The position numbers were made by a program, and so were the translations under genes. Positions 52,590-63,660 of a stretch of 64,000 bases of DNA are shown here, in pieces. The notes under the pieces were generated by a model. The model did no database searches. It was given only the letters and a program-made list of their open reading frames with translations, and was not told where the DNA came from. Positions within the stretch are counted from its first letter, which is position 1. Every line of letters starts with the position of its first letter. This DNA comes from Podarcis erhardii (lineage: Eukaryota), in NCBI GenBank assembly GCA_964252035.1, contig OZ176204.1; one strand, given 5' to 3'.

Positions 52590-55319
52590 TTAGTTTTTGG
52601 GGGGCTGCAGAAGCTGCTGACCCACAGCTTCCACATTGAGCTTGCTGGGCTTATTTGTGAATGGGTGCCACTGGCCTTGGATACTGGGATTATCTGTATG
52701 GAAAGGCTTTCGGATACGGATGATCTCCAGGCCAGACTGGCCTGCCAGCTTCTGGATGACCTTTGCAATCTCATCCACTGTCTTGCTGGTTAAACACTCT
52801 ACCTTCACGGTTCCATTCACTAGAAAGAAAATTAGGTGGACAAAATGTGGACCAATTCTTTTTCTGTTTGGAGAAATAAGATTCCCTGGGCACTTAAACC
52901 CAAATCCCAAGGATTTTTTGTTGATGAACCTCAATAAATCCACACATCCACCCTCTTACTCCTGAATGTTACAAACTAAGGCCTGATTTACAGCTCCTTG
53001 GTGTGTAAGTCTTTCAGCAAATAGCACACATCAATTGCTGCTGAGGGTTGCCTTAGAAGCCTTGTTGAGACAGGGTGCACCCTCCCTGCTGATTTTTAGG
53101 AGCAAGTTTCACAGGAAATGCCAATAACAGCCAACACCAATCTCTCGTTAACATGGCTCTAATGCAAAGCTGCATTTTCTATACTTACTGTATTCAGCAG
53201 TCAATGTAGGGACCCTGCACTGCTTTGGAGCAACGTAGAACACAATCCCAGGGTTCTGCCTGGCAAAATCCACCACCTTTTCTTCAATGTATTCTCTAGA
53301 ACAAAAAAGAAAGGAGTCACTGAGGTATTTAAATAACTGTTCTTATGAACAATTGAAGGAGAGCTCAGGAAAAGCTGCCACCACCATCTGCAATTGGGGG
53401 ACTTCAACTGCAGTAATTCCCATTGGGCAGCATTGCAATCTACATAAACTGCAGGCCAGGTAAATATTTCTTCATTAACTATTCTGTGATTCTATACAAA
53501 ATTATTCAGAACAACAGAAAGGACAGGCAATTCCCTTTTGGCAGCCACCTACCCACCTAAAACAGTTAGCCCAATTTTTAAAAATATTAGTAGCATAAAT
53601 ATATGGTACTAGGCAGGCACCCTAGTTATAGTGTTTTAAATGCCTGCTAAAAATATTATTTCAACAGGCCTATCCCAAAACATAGTTGAGATATACAATT
53701 TTAATGTTCGCTAATTTTATCTGTGTTTTACTGATAATTGTTTTATGTGCATCCCTTAGAGGGTCCCCCCCCCATTAAGCAGTTTAAACATTTTTCAAAA
53801 CAGATGAAAATGACCAGATTATAGTATGCCAGAAATAGAAAGCAAGTGGGGCACTTTCTAGAGATGCATGAAGGCCAAAGACTTCAGTTTCATAAATATA
53901 TACTCTTAATAAGCAAGCGAATCACAACCCAAAAGAATGAAAAAAATATTCAAAGCCATCAACCAAGTCTTTATTGCTCTTGGACATTACTTTATTAATA
54001 TGAGTCAGTAATATTTCTACCTGAATACAGTGGTACCTCGGGTTAAGAACCTAATTCGTTCTGGAGGTCCGTTCTTAACCTGAAACTGTTCTTAACCTGA
54101 AGCACCACTTTAGCTAATGGGGCCTCCCACTGCCGCCATGCTGCGGTGGCGTGATTTCTGTTCTCATCCTGAAGCAAAGTTCTTAACCTGAGGTACTATT
54201 TCTGGGTTAGTGGAGTATGTAACCCAAGGTACCACTGTACCAGCCACCTGATGTATAAAGACGCTCTTCCACAAAACACACAATTTCTCATATGCCTTGA
54301 AAACCTATTTGATTCTGAGCTATAAAGCTAAATGTCTAGTGTTTTGATTTCTATATTAAGGAGTTTTTATAGTTTTGTGCAGATTAGGTCATGTTTTGAC
54401 TATACAAATGTTTTAAGTTTTGTATCAAACTAGTATATATTTTATTGAATGACATTGAATACATTGCAGCAGCCTTTGGCTATAAGCAATAAACTTGACC
54501 GACTGACTGACACACATGTATTCCCCCCCCCATCCTAATCTGGAAACTTCAAACTGAATTTCAAGGCCCTAAAAAGTAAGAATTCAGTGACCCCCTTGGC
54601 TCAGATATGAAAGTCAATACAGTATTCCAGTGGCTATTCCTCTTCCCTCCTCCTCCCTCTTTCTTTTTTTGCACCATGTATTTTACCTTTTAATGGGGGC
54701 GGGGGGCAGGGACTGTCTCTTTTTAAATTGAACCATACTTACTTTATCATAAATGTGCAATATAAATTTTTACTTATCAGTCAGTCAATAAGAACTCAAC
54801 AGTGCTACACAGTGCTTTTTTTTCCTTTAAAAAATGTTTAGGGGCACTCTCATTTTGACTCAAAAACACCCTTTTATAGTTCAAATCGGGGGAAATAAAT
54901 ACTACAGTAAGCGGACAAAAGTACTGTACGAAGATTCACAAATGTTTAGGAGTATGCGTGCCCCTGCGTCACCCCAGGGGGAAAAAAAGTTTTGGGGAGC
55001 CTCTCGGCTGAAGGGCAGGGCGAAAACGGCCCACGACTGCAAAGAGAGGCTGCAGCGTCCGCGTTGCGCAGAGCCGAAGAGTCAAGCCCCGCTCGAAGCC
55101 CTTCTAGGGAGGAGACCAGCAAAGGGCGCTCCGGAGAAGCCAGAGCCCCGGCACCTCTTTGCGGGCGGGGGGGGGAGCAGCAGCGTACCTGGCGCCCCGC
55201 GAGCTCGGCGCATCCCGGCTGACCGTCAAGGTGAGGCGCTGCAGCTGCCCCACGTAGCGGCCCACCCCGTTCCTCAAGACGCTGGCCAGGAAGCGGCTCG
55301 GGGTGCCTCGGCCGGTCAT
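52590..55319 (-). CDS. MRPL43: Mitochondrial ribosomal protein L43 (mL43), 155 aa
   Basis: Exons 55189-55319 ([29 protein letters not shown]...), 53189-53295 ([19 protein letters not shown]...AEY), 52590-52819 (NGTVK...[35 protein letters not shown]...*). GT-AG sites; 131+107+230=468 nt in frame. Confidence 0.97.
54028..54237. mobile_element. Tigger-like MITE, family A (MRPL43 intron 1)
   Basis: Same TIRs and body; TA on both flanks. Confidence 0.88.
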
Positions 55320-55538
55320 GGCAGATGAAAGCGGGATGGGAGCAGGTTGGCCGCCTCCCTCTCCTCCTCACCGGAAGGAGAAGCAGCGGAGGAAGGGACG
55401 CAGGGAGGCCGCTAGCGCCCTAGAGCTACTCTGGTGGGAAAGTGACAGATAGGTAGCCGTGTTGGTCTGCCATAGTCAAAACAAAACAAAACAAATTCCT
55501 TCCAGTAGCACCTTAAAGACCAACTAAGTCAGTTCTTG

Positions 55539-55576
55539 GTATGAGCTTTCGTGTGCATGCACACTTCTTCAGATAC
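55539..55576 (-). ncRNA. Minimal type I hammerhead ribozyme motif (mirror copy)
   Basis: Exact reverse complement of 55755-55792 in the left arm; predicted cut between 55543 and 55542 on the minus strand. Confidence 0.7.
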
Positions 55577-55754
55577 ACTGAAACAGAAGTTTCCAGACCC
55601 TTCTATATAGTGAGAAGGTGGGGAGGGGTATTACTCAGAAGGGTGGTGGGAATGGGTGATCTATCTGCCAATCACCCAATCCCACCACCCTTCTGAGTAA
55701 TACCCCTCCCCACCTTCTCACTATATAGAAGGGTCTGGAAACTTCTGTTTCAGT

Positions 55755-55792
55755 GTATCTGAAGAAGTGTGCATGCACACGAAAGCTCATAC
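55755..55792 (+). ncRNA. Minimal type I hammerhead ribozyme motif
   Basis: GTAT-CTGAAGA-A-GTGTGCATGCACAC-GAA-AGCT-C-ATAC: helix I GUAU/AUAC, core CUGANGA, helix II, GAAA, palindromic helix III AGCU, predicted cut after C55788. Confidence 0.7.
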
Positions 55793-56647
55793 CAAGAACT
55801 AACTTAGTTGGTCTTTAAGGTGCTACTGGAAGGAATTTTTTTATCTGGTGGGAAAGTCCTACGAAGGCTCTGACGGTCACTTTTTACGCCCGTCTTTTTT
55901 TTTGCCTGCCCAGTAGAAATAGCAAAGGTCACCGTTAGTCTGTGCACTTAGAAGCGCCTAACTTGCCACGGCCGCCCTATTATACACTCGCCAAGTGCTA
56001 ACGTGGAAATGACGCCTCTATAGTTTCCTATCTCTATATACCTGGCTCGACGTTTGAGGCCAGGATCCCCGCGCGGAAGTGACGTTTTCATGTTGTGTTG
56101 TTGTTCCGGGGCGCAGCGATCGCGCGCTCCCTGCAGCCGCACGTGGGGGGAAGGATGATGCTCGATCCGAGACAGGCGCGGAGCTCTCCGATCGCGCGGT
56201 GACAGGAGGGAGGGAGGGCGGGGAGGTCGAGTTTGGGGGCAGGTGCTGCTTGTTGCAGCGGATCGGGGCTTCCTTCAAAGCGGCCGGTTGCCGGGGGCTG
56301 AAATCTGGGGCTGGCGCCTCTTTGCCCATCGCAAGGCAAAGCGGGGTTATGCGGCGGGACTCGCGCCGCGAGCGAGGAAGTGGTTGGGGTGGCCGGGAGG
56401 GAAGCGGCGAGGCAGAGGAGGGGATGGTTGAGGACGGGGTTGCTTCTCTGATGAAGGCAAGTCTGCGCGCTCGTGCGATTAGGAGGGAGAGGTATTATAG
56501 CAAGGTGAAATAAGGCAGTCTCGATATGGGAGAGGTTGCTCTTGGGGGAAGGTTTCCCAGCAGAGGTTTTTAGTGTGCCAGTCTGGAAGGTTACTGTCTT
56601 GAGAGGATGCTCTTGGCAGGCATCTTTCTGCCACTGGTACAGAAAAA

Positions 56648-59600
56648 ATGTGGTTCCTCACCCGCTCCTTGTTCAGTCTTTCAAGCCACTGGCCCCTTAG
56701 GGGCAGGCTGATCCTTGCAGGGAGCAAATCCTGTAGGTCTTACAAGAAAGAGACGCTTCCGTCCCCAGAAGGGCCGATCCCCCCAGTTTCAGTCACAGAG
56801 ATTCGCCAGTATCTGAGGGCGCAGGGCATCCCCTTTCATGATGGCTATAGTTGTCTTCACGTGCCCAGTATTTTTGTGGAGGAGCAGCAGCAGGTCCGCC
56901 ATAGCTACAGCCTCTTCATCGACAAGACCACTGGCCGCTTTTTGTGCACAGCTTCATTGGCTGAAGGTAACTGGCAAGACTTTCAGGCCAGTGTAGAGTT
57001 GCGACATAAAGGGATGGCTGTGGGTGGCCTGGAAGAGGCCAGTGGGCAAAGAGACCAAGATGGGAAAGATGCCATGCATATATGGGAACGAGCCCTGCCT
57101 CTCTGGGAACTGCTGGATGAGCAGGAGACTCAGGAGGCCAAGGCTATGTTCGGCATTTCCAATGTCTCAAATGCCACACTCAAACGGTTTGGAGTACGTT
57201 ACTTGCGGACAGCGCGGACCTTGGTTTTCCCTTGGTTCAGTCCCCGTGGCACCAGCCTGAAGGGGTTAAAGCTTCTGGGAGTTGAGCGCCAAGGGGAAAT
57301 GGTGCACTATGTGGAGAACACCCTACCTCGCCCTGTGGCCTATCACAACCTCTTTGGATTGCCTCTGATCAGCCGACGAGATACAGAAGTTGTACTGACT
57401 GGCCGTGAGCTGGACACATTGGTGCTGCACCAGGTGACTGGGCTACCCACTTTGGCCCTGCCCCGGGGGATTTCCTGCCTCCCGCCAGCCCTTCTCCCCT
57501 ACTTAGAACAGTTCAAGCGGATCACCCTGTGGTTAGGGGAGGACCTCCGCTCCTGGGAAGCTGCCAAACTCTTTGCCCGCAAGCTGAACCCGAAGCGTTG
57601 TTCTTTGGTGCGGCCAAGTGACCAACAACTACAGCCCCTGGAAGCTTTCACCCAGGGCATGAACCTCACCAAGATTCTGCGCTCCGCTCTACCAGCTGGC
57701 CACAAGTCCATCATTTCATTTCGCCAGCTGCGGGAAGAGGTGCTTGGGGAGCTGGCCAATGTGGAGCAGGTGGCAGGTGTCAAGTGGGCTCGTTTTCCAG
57801 AACTGAACAAACTCCTCAAGGGTCATCGAAAAGGGGAGCTCACTGTATTCACAGGTGTGTAGCTATGTGTTTTGTGGCACTTTAACTCTCATTCTCCATT
57901 CACTCTGTGTGTGTGTGTGAGAGAGGGAGAGAGTGTGTGTGTTCCCTTGTAAATTTCAGCTGGATGTCTTCCCCAGGGTCTCTTCAAAGGATACTGCAAG
58001 TAGCTGACTGACTTTTCATTCACAAGTCATTTACAATCAAAGGCTTATTGAGCCTTCAATTAGAAAATGATGCAGTATGCTTTAGTACTGTGTGGTTCTT
58101 GGCTTTTTTGTTGTTGTTGTAATGCCTGCTTGCCAGCTCAATGACTTGTTGCAGAGTTGGGCTACCTCAATCTGGTGGCTCTTGAGCTGTCCGTTTTTTC
58201 CTTCAGGAATGTAAGGAGTCTAACCTATATTTTGCTATTTTCTGCCTTAGACCAATTTTCATGTCACTACTTGCCATGAATGCTGATTGCCGTTACTCCC
58301 ACTAAATAACTGGGTTGTTTTTTTGTCTACATCTGAAGTGGGTGGTCTTTCAGAAGAAAGGGCGTGTTGGTCTACACATGAAAACTCAAGGTGAAAACCA
58401 TCTATCCTGTAGGTTGCAACAGCCTGTCCTCATATTAATTTTATCCTGTCTGTGGAACAGGCCCAACGGGCAGTGGGAAGACAACCTTCATCAGTGAATA
58501 TGCCTTGGACCTCTGCACACAGGGAGTGAACACTTTGTGGGGCAGCTTTGAGATCAACAATGTGCGCTTGGCCAAGATTATGCTTACCCAGTTTGCCATG
58601 GGGAGGCTGGAAGAGCAGCTGGAAAAGTATGACGAGTGGGCAGACAAGTTTGAGGATCTTCCGCTCTACTTCATGACTTTCCACGGGCATCAGAATATCA
58701 AGTAAGGTTCAGGGTGGCAGCTTCCCTCCTGCATGTCATGGCTTAATGTTCTTGATGTGATGCAGTAGTGGGCATGAAGCAGTGTTCTAGTTGTTCAGAT
58801 GCTAAGGCCGCATTCCTGTTCATATTTCCACGTGTGACCCTTATTTCAATCTTTTCTTTTTCAGGACTGATGATGAAAGATGTGTGTGTAATTGTGATGG
58901 TCTCTTCCATGCAGGACAGTGATAGACACCATGCTGCATGCTGTGTACATGTATGATATCAGTCATGTGATCATCGACAATCTCCAGTTCATGATGGGCC
59001 AGGAACAGCTCAATGTGGACAGGTAAGCTCCCCCACATGCATTCATCCTTTGGCCTAGACTCTTTTTTTACAACACTGTATTTCTCCTCTACCTTCTTTA
59101 AAAAATGACTCAGTGTGTCACTTATTTATAGTGACATGAAAATAATTGTAATCATGCCGGTGTAAACAGTAGTCCTGACTGAGAGTGAATTTCTTCCTTA
59201 ACCATAGATAAGCATTCTTTTGGTAGTGACAGTAACTACAGTTAGGCCTTCTAGTCGTTTTTATGTTTTATTTTTTGTGGTCATTTTATGGTACTGTATT
59301 TGGATTTTAAAAGTTGTACTGTGTTTTAAGTGTCTTGTAAGTCACCTTGAGACTTTTTATAAAAAGCAGTGAACATAATAAATAAATAGGAACATGTTCA
59401 AGAGGAAAATAGTGTCTCTCACTATGAAAATGTGCAGTTCTTCTTTTCATCTTCTACTAATATTCATTTCCCCTCTCTAGCAGGTAAACATCAAGTAACC
59501 TTTCTTTTCAAATTGTGTTCTTTGTACTTCACTATTCATGTGTCTAATGTAATTACTTTTGCTACAAGGTATATTTATTCCACCATGTTGCCATTCTAGG

Positions 59601-60952
59601 CTAGCTGTGCAAGACTACATAGTGGGTGCCTTCCGGAAGTTTGCCACAGAAAACAGCTGCCACGTCACCGTGGTCATTCACCCCCGGAAAGAAGATGAAG
59701 AGAGGGAGTTGCAGACGGCCTCGATTTTTGGGTCTGCAAAGGTGAGAATTTGTGTGGAAGTGGGCAAATTTGGTCTTTGGAGAGCTTATATTTCCAGCTT
59801 AGCTCAAAGTGTGTGTACTTTATCCTTAACAATCAAGAGTTCATTGCACCACTCTGTATCCCTAACATAGTGGCTGTTGGAATTGCTAAGTCTGGTATGC
59901 AATTCTCTGTCCCTTTGATCCCTTCTGGCTATAGTGGGTATGGGTAACCTGTGGACCTTCAGATGTTGTTGGGCTACCACTTCCATCACCCCTGGTTATC
60001 CTGGATGGGGCTGATAGGAGTTGGTGGCCAACAGCATCTTGAGAACCACAGGTTCCCCATGTCTGGCCCATAAGAATCCATTTTTTCTGCATATTTGGGC
60101 TGGTCTAACTAGACAACCCATAGTCAGATGATTTAACCATCTTCTGCCTAGCAACTCCTAGTGACAGAAGTAGGACGGCTTCAGCTGGCACCCTTTGATG
60201 TACTTGTGCTTAATTTTCTCCCGTTACAGTCAGTGGGATTAAAGTGCTTACTTGTTTATTAGATTGTATCATTCTCACTTTTAAAGAATGAAGATACCTA
60301 CATTGTGGTTCTTGATCCTTAGCTGGCTAGAGGATCTGAGAAAAATACTGCATGTCTCAACTTGTTGCGAATTGTTTGCAGGGAAAACTGTGCAGATAAC
60401 CTGGGGAAAGTGTAGCAAGATCACCTGACTGGCCTAAGACCCACCACATTCAGTACAATTGCATTCATATCGCATGTACTCTAAATCTGCTTTTTTTTTA
60501 GCTGCAGGCTGCTGCTCCTCATACTGCTGAGCTACATTCCATGCTGTACAAAATGGCTGCCCCTTCTCCCCTCAAACAATAACTTTCCTTCTGCGTCTCT
60601 TGCGCAGGCCAGCCAGGAAGCCGACAACGTGCTGATCCTGCAGGACAGGAAGCTGGTGACAGGCCCAGGAAAGCGCTATCTACAGGTCTCCAAGAATCGC
60701 TTTGATGGGGATGTGGGAGTCTTTCCCCTGGAGTTCAGCAAAGCATCCCTCACCTTTTCTACCCCCGTCAAAGGCAAAGCCAAGCTGAAGAAGGTAAAGG
60801 ATGACAATGGTGTGCCTGCCAAGAAACCAGCAGGTGCCGGTGGAGCTTCAAAGAAGCAGAGGTCTCAGTCCCCCAGCAGCACAGCCCCTGCCCCAGGGAC
60901 CTCTCCTGATGAGCCCATCAAACCAGGAGGAGGAGGAGGAGGAGGAGTGTAG
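56648..60952 (+). CDS. TWNK: Twinkle mtDNA replicative helicase (T7 gp4-like, SF4), 680 aa
   Basis: Exons 56648-57854, 58461-58701, 58915-59022, 59600-59741, 60608-60952 (2043 nt, in frame). Walker A GPTGSGKT spans the exon 1/2 junction; [32 protein letters not shown] and KNRFDGDVG motifs present; N-terminus MWFLTRS resembles the mitochondrial presequence. Confidence 0.98.
59940..60060. mobile_element. Short self-complementary squamate MITE (ctacaactcccatc...gatgggagttgtag family)
   Basis: TIR ATGGGTAACCTGTGG / CCACAGGTTCCCCAT (14/15). Related degenerate copies at about 4655-4800, 7628-7715, 14330-14450, 15145-15270, 21860-21990, 37250-37345, 38200-38310, 40800-40935 and 63460-63555. Confidence 0.65.
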
Positions 60953-62118
60953 GACTTGGAAAAGGGTTGGAAGCCAGCAAAATCACTGCCTCACATCTGA
61001 TCATAGGAATAATCATTGGACTGCAAAGAAAGGCACTGGTGGGATATTTCCTGCTTGGTTGCCTGTTTTCCGTTGGGATAATGTGCTGGAAATATGTATG
61101 ACAAATCTGTGGGGTTGTCACAGGATTTCCAGTATCATTTTACTAATCAAGCAATAATTTGGAGAGGAAACTTTAATACCGGCCTCGTTCCACCCAAGAG
61201 GCAACTACTGGGTGGCTCCATTTGTGCAACACAGAGGAGATTGTGCTGTTGGTGCAGGGAAGTAGCTTTGTTTTGCCATCTTCGGCTTAGCCTTGGCCTG
61301 GACTCAGTAGCTGCAAAGAGTGAAGACTATATCAAAAGGAACATTGAAAGTACTTCCAAGTTGTTTTGTGTATTTCTTGCACTAGTATGCATACAGAAAA
61401 ATGGTTTGCCGCAGCCTAGTAAAGTGTTAGATCCCTGGCATGGGATCAGAGGGGACATGCTGTATCCATATGCATTGCAAAAATCACTGGTTAAAATTGC
61501 GAATGTTACAACAGGAGCTGTGCTTTCTCTCCTAATCTCAGGGCTTGAATTAAAGTGAGAATGGTTAAATTGAGCCGAGGAGGAGTCAGCAAATCCTGAG
61601 ATTTAAATGAGCCATGGGTTTGGCAAAGGGGATTGACAAAGCACTTAGCTGTGGAGGTTGAGTAAACGGTTGGCACAAAGGTAAATTGCTCTGAAATGCC
61701 CTTCCTTCCTTCAAATTATTTCTTATATGACTGTTCCATACTGGCTCTGGACTTTACTGTTCTAGCCTAATGTGAGTTTAGGAGAGGAGATTACTTGAAG
61801 GAAAAACCACACTATTAATGTATTCCAAAGGGGGCTGTTGAAATGCTGTCATTAAGAAAAGTAGCAACTTTGTTGCAAAAGCCTTTTCTAAAGCATTCAT
61901 GGTTCTATCAAACTTTTGGATCGATCTCCCTGGTTTTGAGGCCGAGTGGGTTTGGGTTTTGTTCACTTCAGTTTTAGCACCAAGAGATACCTCTGTTTAG
62001 GATATAAACATGTAGAAATGCTGCTTTTTGAAAACCTATCTCACAACTGACTCTGATCAATGCATAAGCTGAAATGCTTATGGAAGTAAAAGTGTGTTCC
62101 CTCAACCTTTATGACTTT

Positions 62119-62124
62119 AATAAA
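62119..62124 (+). terminator. Candidate TWNK polyadenylation signal
   Basis: First clear AATAAA I found after the TWNK stop; an alternative ATTAAA at 62262-62267 is followed by a GT-rich tract. Confidence 0.45.
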
Positions 62125-62540
62125 CTGAATCCAAACTAATTCTGACTGTGATTTGGTTTGGCCATGCACACACTGTCTTTTAACAGTATTTGAAATTATC
62201 TATGCATTTTAGAAATTACGGGTTAATCGACATTGTGTTGGACGTTGTGTCATTTATTTAAATTAAAAACAGTACAGTTTGTACTTAATGTGTGCTGTTC
62301 CTTATACTGTCCACAAGAGGCCAGCCTGTTCAAATGGAAGATTTACATAATATTCCCATGCTAACCCACAGTACCTCCATCACGTGCCAAGCACTGGCAT
62401 GCTTCTTTGAGCTCTGAAATTGCAGACACAAGAGTATAGCAGCAAGTTCACTAAAACAGGCGATTTGTGGTGTTACTAGCAGTATCATCTAGCCTAAGAT
62501 TCCCTAGATTTAATGTCCCTGATAGATGCTCAACTACTCT

Positions 62541-62585
62541 TCATCATCATCATCATCATAATAATAATAATAATAATAATAATAA
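62541..62585. repeat. (CAT)n(AAT)n compound microsatellite
   Basis: Directly visible. Confidence 0.9.
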
Positions 62586-63569
62586 TTTACAGGTAACTAA
62601 CTTCCATAACCTTCCAAGTTCTTATTCTTGCAATTAAGAGGATCCCTCACTCAACCCAAATATATATATTAATCCACCATGAGCCTCTTTCCTGGTTGTC
62701 CTGTTCTGATGTTGCTCAGCAGCTGCTACCCTTTTTCTTAGGGCCTGCATTTTAGCTAGTTAAGAACTTCTGTAATTATCAGCATTGCCTGCAAATGAAA
62801 ATACTTACTTCAGCCTTTACTCACATGTTTTCCATTCCAGTAACCTGACCTTGTATTTAAGCAACCACTGAATAAGAGCAGACCTCAGAAAGCATAGAAG
62901 GACCAGCAGAAGTGATGCAGGAGATGTTTGGGAGTAATAGTTTTTGTGAGACAACATGTAGGGGAGTGGCGAGAGCAACCCTTTTCATCTGATCTTAGGG
63001 TTTCAGGGCTTAATTTGTAGGCTATAAGCACTCCTTGACATTGGCTATGCTAACTGTGGCTGATGTGAATTGTAGCCCAAAATGTCTGGAGGATACCAGG
63101 TTGAATCAAGGGTTAGTTGAAGGTGATGATTTATGCCATTGCCAATAGAAAAGAGCAGCAGGTCCACACATAGTTTGTTATAATGCTGCGCTCATAATTA
63201 CCCACTAATGGGATGGCAGGCAAGTGTTTCTTAGATGGACTTCCATCAACCTTTAAAAGTATACTTCCTTTTGCATGAACGTGGCTGTGTTGTATCTTTA
63301 ATCTCTTTTGCCTACTTGAGTTGGACATCATTTTGGTAAAATGCATGGGGAAATTTAAGAGTTCCACCCTGCACTTTGTAGGAACATTAGGAATCTGCCT
63401 TACACTGCATTAGACCTCCAGCCTATATAATTCAGTACGGTCTACAGTCTTCTTCAGCCATGGTTCCCCAGATGTTGTGTTGGACTACAACTCCCACCAT
63501 TGCTGACCAATGGCTTTGATGTAGTCCCAACAACCTCTGGGGCCCAGCACTGGAGAACAGAGATCTGTT

Positions 63570-63660
63570 GCACTGACTGACAGGAATATTTCCCAGCCCT
63601 CCCTGCAGAGCCTGGGGACTGAAGCTGGGACCTTATGCATGCAATGTGTGATCTCTACCC
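63570..63660 (-). mobile_element. tRNA-derived SINE head (decayed)
   Basis: ggggactgaagctgggaccttatgcatgcaatgtgtgatctctacc is the reverse complement of a tRNA-like head with a box-B-like motif. Confidence 0.45.

Larger units (their letters stand above)
55444..55843. mobile_element. Penelope-like retroelement remnant arranged as an inverted repeat
   Basis: 14-bp direct repeat TCTGGTGGGAAAGT at 55430-55443 and 55844-55857; arms 55493-55660 and 55671-55838 are complementary at 166/168; contains hammerhead cores; the arm-end sequence (gaaagctcatacc...ttagttggtctttaaggtgctactgg) resembles reptile PLE termini as I recall them. Confidence 0.72.
54946..56500. promoter_or_regulatory. CpG island / bidirectional promoter shared by MRPL43 and TWNK, interrupted by the 55444-55843 insertion
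   Basis: Dense CpG and high GC at about 54946-55430 and 55950-56500, in contrast to the CpG-poor surroundings; head-to-head genes; CGGAAGTGACGT (ETS/GABP plus CRE-like) at 56074-56085. Confidence 0.85.

Noticed and set aside
54834-56513. Several 70-165-aa ORFs around the promoter
   Set aside because: Stop-poor CpG-island sequence with Arg/Gly/Pro/Ala-rich translations; only the MRPL43 exon 1 part is supported.
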